In this document: piece after piece, positions 1 to 9,477 of the stretch | Layout of the letters: every line of letters begins with the position of its first letter | Numbering within the stretch: position 1 is the stretch's first letter | Origin: Auanema rhodensis | Taxonomy: Eukaryota > Animalia > Nematoda | DNA length: 64,000 nucleotides | Direction: 5' to 3' | Assembly (NCBI GenBank): GCA_964057225.1 | Contig: OZ059894.1 | Span: forward strand, 2,108,001 to 2,172,000 | Notes under the pieces: model-generated | What the model was told of the DNA's origin: nothing | Database searches by the model: none | The model's input: only the letters and a program-made list of their open reading frames with translations | Translations under genes and position numbers: made by a program

Positions 1-15
1 TTGCTTCCAAAAACA

Positions 16-48
16 TTTTGACAAAAATTTTTTCGAAAAATTTCAAAT
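16..48. other. AT-rich imperfect dyad centred on TTTTTCGAAAAA (every monomer)
   Basis: Perfect 12-bp palindrome at 29-40. It extends imperfectly through AAA/TTT to TTTTGA(16-21)/TCAAAA(43-48) in A48 copies. Confidence 0.85.
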
Positions 49-151
49 TAATTTAGCAGAAAGTATATGTTTTTAGATTCCTTTTTTCAAGGCAAAGACG
101 ATGGACAATGTTATTCAACGAAAAAATTAATTCTTCAGGGTGAAAATCGAG

Positions 152-173
152 GATATAAGTGTGAATTTATATC
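152..173 (+). other. 9-bp inverted repeat with GTGA loop (every monomer)
   Basis: GATATAAGT-GTGA-A(C/T)TTATATC, perfect in C166 copies. It overlaps a second dyad, ATATCA-GT-TGATAT (169-182). Confidence 0.9.
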
Positions 174-190
174 AGTTGATATCTCGGTGC

Positions 191-241
191 ATTTTTAAGC
201 TAGCGCAAATCTGATAACACAGATCGACGCAGCTTAAAAAT
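191..241 (+). other. Long interrupted hairpin (every monomer)
   Basis: ATTTTTAAGCT(191-201) pairs with AGCTT(A/G)AAAAT(231-241), GCG(203-205) with CGC(228-230), and ATCTG(209-213) with CAGAT(220-224), leaving loop ATAACA. An alternative outer pairing is GTGCATT(187-193)/AATGCAC(250-256). Confidence 0.9.
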
Positions 242-323
242 CCGCATCGAATGCACTATACTACATTGAGGAACGCTTAATACAAAAATTAGTTATGATC
301 GTTTGAAAAATGATGCATTAGTG

Positions 324-353
324 TATGTTGAGTTTCCATGTACACTCAACATA
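324..353 (+). other. 9-10-bp inverted repeat with 10-nt spacer (every monomer)
   Basis: TATGTTGAGT-TTCCATGTAC-ACTCAACAT(A/T). The stem is 10 bp when the following base is A and 9 bp when it is T. Confidence 0.9.
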
Positions 354-3300
354 GCTTCCAAAAACATTTTGACAAAAATTTTTTCGAAAAATTTCAGAAT
401 AATTTAGCAAAAAGTAGATGTTTTTAGATTTCTTTTCTCAAGGCAAAGACGATGGACAATGTTATTCAACGAAAAAATTAATTCTTCAGGGTGAAAATCG
501 AGGATATAAGTGTGAACTTATATCAGTTGATATCTCGGTGCATTTTTAAGCTAGCGCAAATCTGATAACACAGATCGACGCAGCTTGAAAATCCGCATCG
601 AATGCACTATACTACTTTGAGAAACGCTTAATACAAAAATCAGTTATGATCGTTTGAAAAATGATGCATTAGTGTATGTTGAGTTTCCATGTACACTCAA
701 CATTGCTTCCAAAAACATTTTGACAAAATTTTTTTCGAAAAATTTCAAAATAATTTAGCAAAAAGTAGATGTTTTTAGATTCCTTTTTTCAAGGCGAAGA
801 CGATGGACATTGTTATTCAACGAAAAAATTAATTCTTCAGGGTGAAAATCGAGGATATAAGTGTGAACTTATATCAGTTGATATCTCGGTGCATTTTTAA
901 GCTAGCGCAAATCTGATAACACAGATCGACGCAGCTTGAAAATCCGCATCGAATGCACTATACTACTTTGAGAAACGCTTAATACAAAAATTAGTTATGA
1001 TCGTTTGAAAAATGATGCATTAGTGTATGTTGAGTTTCCATGTACACTCAACATTGCTTCCAAAAAAATTTTGACAAAAATTTTTTCGAAAAATTTCAAA
1101 TTAATTTAGCAGAAAGTATATGTTTTTAGATTTCTTTTTTCAAGGCAAAGACGATGGACAATGTTATTCAACGAAAAAATTAATTCTTCAGGGTGAAAAT
1201 CGAGGATATAAGTGTGAATTTATATCAGTTGATATCTCGGTGCATTTTTAAGCTAGCGCAAATCTGATAACACAGATCGACGCAGCTTAAAAATCCGCAT
1301 CGAATGCACTATACTACATTGAGGAACGCTTAATACAAAAATTAGTTATGATCGTTTGAAAAATGATGCATTAGTGTATGTTGAGTTTCCATGTACACTC
1401 AACATAGCTTCCAAAAACATTTTGACAAAAATTTTTTCGAAAAATTTCAGAATAATTTAGCAAAAAGTAGATGTTTTTAGATTTCTTTTCTCAAGGCAAA
1501 GACGATGGACAATGTTATTCAACGAAAAAATTAATTCTTCAGGGTGAAAATCGAGGATATAAGTGTGAACTTATATCAGTTGATATCTCGGTGCATTTTT
1601 AAGCTAGCGCAAATCTGATAACACAGATCGACGCAGCTTGAAAATCCGCATCGAATGCACTATACTACTTTGAGAAACGCTTAATACAAAAATCAGTTAT
1701 GATCGTTTGAAAAATGATGCATTAGTGTATGTTGAGTTTCCATGTACACTCAACATTGCTTCCAAAAACATTTTGACAAAAATTTTTTCGAAAAATTTCA
1801 AAATAATTTAGCAAAAAGTAGATGTTTTTAGATTCCTTTTTTCAAGGCGAAGACGATGGACATTGTTATTCAACGAAAAAATTAATTCTTCAGGGTGAAA
1901 ATCGAGGATATAAGTGTGAACTTATATCAGTTGATATCTCGGTGCATTTTTAAGCTAGCGCAAATCTGATAACACAGATCGACGCAGCTTGAAAATCCGC
2001 ATCGAATGCACTATACTACTTTGAGAAACGCTTAATACAAAAATTAGTTATGATCGTTTGAAAAATGATGCATTAGTGTATGTTGAGTTTCCATGTACAC
2101 TCAACATTGCTTCCAAAAAAATTTTGACAAAAATTTTTTCGAAAAATTTCAAATTAATTTAGCAGAAAGTATATGTTTTTAGATTTCTTTTTTCAAGGCA
2201 AAGACGATGGACAATGTTATTCAACGAAAAAATTAATTCTTCAGGGTGAAAATCGAGGATATAAGTGTGAATTTATATCAGTTGATATCTCGGTGCATTT
2301 TTAAGCTAGCGCAAATCTGATAACACAGATCGACGCAGCTTGAAAATCCGCATTGAATGCACTATACTACATTGAGGAACGCTTAATACAAAAATTAGTT
2401 ATGATCGTTTGAAAAATGATGCATTAGTGTATGTTGAGTTTCCATGTACACTCAACATAGCTTCCAAAAACATTTTGACAAAAATTTTTTCGAAAAATTT
2501 CAAAATAATTTAGCAGAAAGTAGATGTTTTTAGATTCCTTTTTTTAAGGCAAAGACGATGGACAATGTTATTCAACGAAAAAATTAATTCTTCAGGGTGA
2601 AAATCGAGGATATAAGTGTGAACTTATATCAGTTGATATCTCGGTGCATTTTTAAGCTAGCGCAAATCTGATAACACAGATCGACGCAGCTTGAAAATCC
2701 GCATCGAATGCACTATACTACTTTGAGAAACGCTTAATACAAAAATTAGTTATGATCGTTTGAAAAATGATGCATTAGTGTATGTTGAGTTTCCATGTAC
2801 ACTCAACATTGCTTCCAAAAACATTTTGACAAAAATTTTTTCGAAAAATTTCAAATTAATTTAGCAGAAAGTATATGTTTTTAGATTCCTTTTTTCAAGG
2901 CAAAGACGATGGACAATGTTATTCAACGAAAAAATTAATTCTTCAGGGTGAAAATCGAGGATATAAGTGTGAATTTATATCAGTTGATATCTCGGTGCAT
3001 TTTTAAGCTAGCGCAAATCTGATAACACAGATCGACGCAGCTTAAAAATCCGCATCGAATGCACTATACTACATTGAGGAACGCTTAATACAAAAATTAG
3101 TTATGATCGTTTGAAAAATGATGCATTAGTGTATGTTGAGTTTCCATGTACACTCAACATAGCTTCCAAAAACATTTTGACAAAAATTTTTTCGAAAAAT
3201 TTCAGAATAATTTAGCAAAAAGTAGATGTTTTTAGATTTCTTTTCTCAAGGCAAAGACGATGGACAATGTTATTCAACGAAAAAATTAATTCTTCAGGGT

Positions 3301-6300
3301 GAAAATCGAGGATATAAGTGTGAACTTATATCAGTTGATATCTCGGTGCATTTTTAAGCTAGCGCAAATCTGATAACACAGATCGACGCAGCTTGAAAAT
3401 CCGCATCGAATGCACTATACTACTTTGAGAAACGCTTAATACAAAAATCAGTTATGATCGTTTGAAAAATGATGCATTAGTGTATGTTGAGTTTCCATGT
3501 ACACTCAACATTGCTTCCAAAAACATTTTGACAAAAATTTTTTCGAAAAATTTCAAAATAATTTAGCAAAAAGTAGATGTTTTTAGATTCCTTTTTTCAA
3601 GGCGAAGACGATGGACATTGTTATTCAACGAAAAAATTAATTCTTCAGGGTGAAAATCGAGGATATAAGTGTGAACTTATATCAGTTGATATCTCGGTGC
3701 ATTTTTAAGCTAGCGCAAATCTGATAACACAGATCGACGCAGCTTGAAAATCCGCATCGAATGCACTATACTACTTTGAGAAACGCTTAATACAAAAATT
3801 AGTTATGATCGTTTGAAAAATGATGCATTAGTGTATGTTGAGTTTCCATGTACACTCAACATTGCTTCCAAAAAAATTTTGACAAAAATTTTTTCGAAAA
3901 ATTTCAAATTAATTTAGCAGAAAGTATATGTTTTTAGATTTCTTTTTTCAAGGCAAAGACGATGGACAATGTTATTCAACGAAAAAATTAATTCTTCAGG
4001 GTGAAAATCGAGGATATAAGTGTGAATTTATATCAGTTGATATCTCGGTGCATTTTTGAGCTAGCGCAAATCTGATAACACAGATCGACGCAGCTTGAAA
4101 ATCCGCATTGAATGCACTATACTACATTGAGGAACGCTTAATACAAAAATTAGTTATGATCGTTTGAAAAATGATGCATTAGTGTATGTTGAGTTTCCAT
4201 GTACACTCAACATAGCTTCCAAAAACATTTTGACAAAAATTTTTTCGAAAAATTTCAAAATAATTTAGCAGAAAGTAGATGTTTTTAGATTCCTTTTTTT
4301 AAGGCAAAGACGATGGACAATGTTATTCAACGAAAAAATTAATTCTTCAGGGTGAAAATCGAGGATATAAGTGTGAACTTATATCAGTTGATATCTCGGT
4401 GCATTTTTAAGCTAGCGCAAATCTGATAACACAGATCGACGCAGCTTGAAAATCCGCATCGAATGCACTATACTACTTTGAGAAACGCTTAATACAAAAA
4501 TTAGTTATGATCGTTTGAAAAATGATGCATTAGTGTATGTTGAGTTTCCATGTACACTCAACATAGCTTCCAAAAACATTTTGACAAAATTTTTTTCGAA
4601 AAATTTCAAAATAATTTAGCAGAAAGTAGATGTTTTTAGATTCCTTTTTTTAAGGCAAAGACGACGGACAATGTTATTCAACGAAAAAATTAATTCTTCA
4701 GGGTGAAAATCGAGGATATAAGTGTGAACTTATATCAGTTGATATCTCGGTGCATTTTTAAGCTAGCGCAAATCTGATAACACAGATCGACGCAGCTTGA
4801 AAATCCGCATCGAATGCACTATACTACATTGAGGAACGCTTAATACAAAAATTAGTTATGATCGTTTGAAAAATGATGCATTAGTGTATGTTGAGTTTCC
4901 ATGTACACTCAACATAGCTTCCAAAAACATTTTGACAAAAATTTTTTCGAAAAATTTCAAAATAATTTAGCAGAAAGTAGATGTTTTTAGATTCCTTTTT
5001 TTAAGGCAAAGACGATGGACAATGTTATTCAACGAAAAAATTAATTCTTCAGGGTGAAAATCGAGGATATAAGTGTGAACTTATATCAGTTGATATCTCG
5101 GTGCATTTTCAAGCTAGCGCAAATCTGATAACACAGATCGACGCAGCTTGAAAATCCGCATCGAATGCACTATACTACATTGAGGAACGCTTAATACAAA
5201 AATTAGTTATGATCGTTTGAAAAATGATGCATTAGTGTATGTTGAGTTTCCATGTACACTCAACATAGCTTCCAAAAACATTTTGACAAAAATTTTTTCG
5301 AAAAATTTCAAAATAATTTAGCAAAAAGTAGATGTTTTTAGATTCCTTTTTTCAAGGCGAAGACGATGGACATTGTTATTCAACGAAAAAATTAATTCTT
5401 CAGGGTGAAAATCGAGGATATAAGTGTGAACTTATATCAGTTGATATCTCGGTGCATTTTTAAGCTAGCGCAAATCTGATAACACAGATCGACGCAGCTT
5501 GAAAATCCGCATCGAATGCACTATACTACTTTGAGAAACGCTTAATACAAAAATTAGTTATGATCGTTTGAAAAATGATGCATTAGTGTATGTTGAGTTT
5601 CCATGTACACTCAACATTGCTTCCAAAAAAATTTTGACAAAAATTTTTTCGAAAAATTTCAAATTAATTTAGCAGAAAGTTTATGTTTTTAGATTTCTTT
5701 TTTCAAGGCAAAGACGATGGACAATGTTATTCAACGAAAAAATTAATTCTTCAGGGTGAAAATCGAGGATATAAGTGTGAATTTATATCAGTTGATATCT
5801 CGGTGCATTTTTAAGCTAGCGCAAATCTGATAACACAGATCGACGCAGCTTGAAAATCCGCATTGAATGCACTATACTACATTGAGGAACGCTTAATACA
5901 AAAATTAGTTATGATCGTTTGAAAAATGATGCATTAGTGTATGTTGAGTTTCCATGTACACTCAACATAGCTTCCAAAAACATTTTGACAAAAATTTTTT
6001 CGAAAAATTTCAAAATAATTTAGCAGAAAGTAGATGTTTTTAGATTCCTTTTTTTAAGGCAAAGACGATGGACAATGTTATTCAACGAAAAAATTAATTC
6101 TTCAGGGTGAAAATCGAGGATATAAGTGTGAACTTATATCAGTTGATATCTCGGTGCATTTTTAAGCTAGCGCAAATCTGATAACACAGATCGACGCAGC
6201 TTGGAAATCCGCATCGAATGCACTATACTACTTTGAGAAACGCTTAATACAAAAATTAGTTATGATCGTTTGAAAAATGATGCATTAGTGTATGTTGAGT

Positions 6301-9300
6301 TTCCATGTACACTCAACATAGCTTCCAAAAACATTTTGACAAAATTTTTTTCGAAAAATTTCAAAATAATTTAGCAGAAAGTAGATGTTTTTAGATTTCT
6401 TTTCTCAAGGCAAAGACGATGGACAATGTTATTCAACGAAAAAATTAATTCTTCAGGGTGAAAATCGAGGATATAAGTGTGAACTTATATCAGTTGATAT
6501 CTCGGTGCATTTTTAAGCTAGCGCAAATCTGATAACACAGATCGACGCAGCTTGAAAATCCGCATCGAATGCACTATACTACTTTGAGAAACGCTTAATA
6601 CAAAAATCAGTTATGATCGTTTGAAAAATGATGCATTAGTGTATGTTGAGTTTCCATGTACACTCAACATTGCTTCCAAAAACATTTTGACAAAAATTTT
6701 TTCGAAAAATTTCAAAATAATTTAGCAAAAAGTAGATGTTTTTAGATTCCTTTTTTCAAGGCGAAGACGATGGACATTGTTATTCAACGAAAAAATTAAT
6801 TCTTCAGGGTGAAAATCGAGGATATAAGTGTGAACTTATATCAGTTGATATCTCGGTGCATTTTTAAGCTAGCGCAAATCTGATAACACAGATCGACGCA
6901 GCTTGAAAATCCGCATCGAATGCACTATACTACTTTGAGAAACGCTTAATACAAAAATTAGTTATGATCGTTTGAAAAATGATGCATTAGTGTATGTTGA
7001 GTTTCCATGTACACTCAACATTGCTTCCAAAAAAATTTTGACAAAAATTTTTTCGAAAAATTTCAAATTAATTTAGCAGAAAGTATATGTTTTTAGATTT
7101 CTTTTTTCAAGGCAAAGACGATGGACAATGTTATTCAACGAAAAAATTAATTCTTCAGGGTGAAAATCGAGGATATAAGTGTGAATTTATATCAGTTGAT
7201 ATCTCGGTGCATTTTTAAGCTAGCGCAAATCTGATAACACAGATCGACGCAGCTTGAAAATCCGCATTGAATGCACTATACTACATTGAGGAACGCTTAA
7301 TACAAAAATTAGTTATGATCGTTTGAAAAATGATGCATTAGTGTATGTTGAGTTTCCATGTACACTCAACATAGCTTCCAAAAACATTTTGACAAAAATT
7401 TTTTCGAAAAATTTCAAAATAATTTAGCAGAAAGTAGATGTTTTTAGATTCCTTTTTTTAAGGCAAAGACGATGGACAATGTTATTCAACGAAAAAATTA
7501 ATTCTTCAGGGTGAAAATCGAGGATATAAGTGTGAACTTATATCAGTTGATATCTCGGTGCATTTTTAAGCTAGCGCAAATCTGATAACACAGATCGACG
7601 CAGCTTGAAAATCCGCATCGAATGCACTATACTACTTTGAGAAACGCTTAATACAAAAATTAGTTATGATCGTTTGAAAAATGATGCATTAGTGTATGTT
7701 GAGTTTCCATGTACACTCAACATAGCTTCCAAAAACATTTTGACAAAATTTTTTTCGAAAAATTTCAAAATAATTTAGCAGAAAGTAGATGTTTTTAGAT
7801 TCCTTTTTTTAAGGCAAAGACGACGGACAATGTTATTCAACGAAAAAATTAATTCTTCAGGGTGAAAATCGAGGATATAAGTGTGAACTTATATCAGTTG
7901 ATATCTCGGTGCATTTTTAAGCTAGCGCAAATCTGATAACACAGATCGACGCAGCTTGAAAATCCGCATCGAATGCACTATACTACATTGAGGAACGCTT
8001 AATACAAAAATTAGTTATGATCGTTTGAAAAATGATGCATTAGTGTATGTTGAGTTTCCATGTACACTCAACATAGCTTCCAAAAACATTTTGACAAAAA
8101 TTTTTTCGAAAAATTTCAAAATAATTTAGCAGAAAGTAGATGTTTTTAGATTCCTTTTTTTAAGGCAAAGACGATGGACAATGTTATTCAACGAAAAAAT
8201 TAATTCTTCAGGGTGAAAATCGAGGATATAAGTGTGAACTTATATCAGTTGATATCTCGGTGCATTTTCAAGCTAGCGCAAATCTGATAACACAGATCGA
8301 CGCAGCTTGAAAATCCGCATCGAATGCACTATACTACATTGAGGTACGCTTAATACAAAAATTAGTTATGATCGTTTGAAAAATGATGCATTAGTGTATG
8401 TTGAGTTTCCATGTACACTCAACATAGCTTCCAAAAACATTTTGACAAAAATTTTTTCGAAAAATTTCAAAATAATTTAGCAAAAAGTAGATGTTTTTAG
8501 ATTCCTTTTTTCAAGGCGAAGACGATGGACATTGTTATTCAACGAAAAAATTAATTCTTCAGGGTGAAAATCGAGGATATAAGTGTGAACTTATATCAGT
8601 TGATATCTCGGTGCATTTTTAAGCTAGCGCAAATCTGATAACACAGATCGACGCAGCTTGAAAATCCGCATCGAATGCACTATACTACTTTGAGAAACGC
8701 TTAATACAAAAATTAGTTATGATCGTTTGAAAAATGATGCATTAGTGTATGTTGAGTTTCCATGTACACTCAACATTGCTTCCAAAAAAATTTTGACAAA
8801 AATTTTTTCGAAAAATTTCAAATTAATTTAGCAGAAAGTTTATGTTTTTAGATTTCTTTTTTCAAGGCAAAGACGATGGACAATGTTATTCAACGAAAAA
8901 ATTAATTCTTCAGGGTGAAAATCGAGGATATAAGTGTGAATTTATATCAGTTGATATCTCGGTGCATTTTTAAGCTAGCGCAAATCTGATAACACAGATC
9001 GACGCAGCTTGAAAATCCGCATTGAATGCACTATACTACATTGAGGAACGCTTAATACAAAAATTAGTTATGATCGTTTGAAAAATGATGCATTAGTGTA
9101 TGTTGAGTTTCCATGTACACTCAACATAGCTTCCAAAAACATTTTGACAAAAATTTTTTCGAAAAATTTCAAAATAATTTAGCAGAAAGTAGATGTTTTT
9201 AGATTCCTTTTTTTAAGGCAAAGACGATGGACAATGTTATTCAACGAAAAAATTAATTCTTCAGGGTGAAAATCGAGGATATAAGTGTGAACTTATATCA

Positions 9301-9477
9301 GTTGATATCTCGGTGCATTTTTAAGCTAGCGCAAATCTGATAACACAGATCGACGCAGCTTGGAAATCCGCATCGAATGCACTATACTACTTTGAGAAAC
9401 GCTTAATACAAAAATTAGTTATGATCGTTTGAAAAATGATGCATTAGTGTATGTTGAGTTTCCATGTACACTCAACA

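Larger units (their letters stand above)
1..351. repeat. Representative 351-bp monomer (arbitrary phase), ~31% GC, A/T-tract rich
   Basis: Hand count of about 58 G and 52 C in 351 nt. One site per monomer for BstBI TTCGAA (32-37), EcoRV GATATC (178-183), NheI GCTAGC (199-204), NsiI ATGCAT (313-318) and BsrGI TGTACA (339-344). Confidence 0.97.
1..9477. repeat. Sub-domain 1 (M1-27): heterogeneous monomer types in 3-, 5- and 9-mer higher-order repeats
   Basis: Alleles seen only here: A14, G94+T108 (GGCGAAGACGATGGACATTG), T248, and C290 in AAAATCAG. Confidence 0.85.

Noticed and set aside
107-123. CENP-B-box-like motif on the - strand (TTTCGTTGAATAACATT)
   Set aside because: It matches the TTCG....A part but lacks the essential CGGG, so it is not a supportable CENP-B box.
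152-241. Rho-independent terminators or bacterial promoter boxes (TTGACA at 18-23)
   Set aside because: There is no gene context, the stems are AT-rich, and such hexamers are expected by chance in AT-rich satellite DNA.
211-245. Hammerhead ribozyme/retrozyme (unit size and CTGA...GAAA resemble satellite-encoded hammerheads)
   Set aside because: The core reads CTGATAA (and CTGATAT on the - strand), not CTGANGA. I could not build the three-stem junction, and the GAAA is lost in A236 copies. An Infernal/RNAMotif search would be definitive.
1-351. 5S rDNA, tRNA, snRNA or spliced-leader tandem gene unit
   Set aside because: There is no recognisable 5S, tRNA cloverleaf, snRNA or SL sequence, and no convincing Pol III A/B/C boxes on either strand.
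1-351. Assignment to a named satellite family of similar size (e.g. Drosophila 359-bp or beetle ~350-360-bp satellites)
   Set aside because: Only length and AT richness are similar. I cannot recognise sequence identity without a database search.
1-351. Internal ~175-bp dimer structure or phased A-tract curvature
   Set aside because: The two halves do not align by eye beyond short (C/T)GAAAA(A)T words, and A-tract spacing is not consistently about 10.5 bp. It would need computation.
338-427. Short ORF of about 29 codons (MYTQHSFQKHFDKNFFEKF...) crossing the monomer junction, and MDNVIQRKN at 101-130
   Set aside because: Lengths are expected by chance, with no recognisable motif or expression signal.
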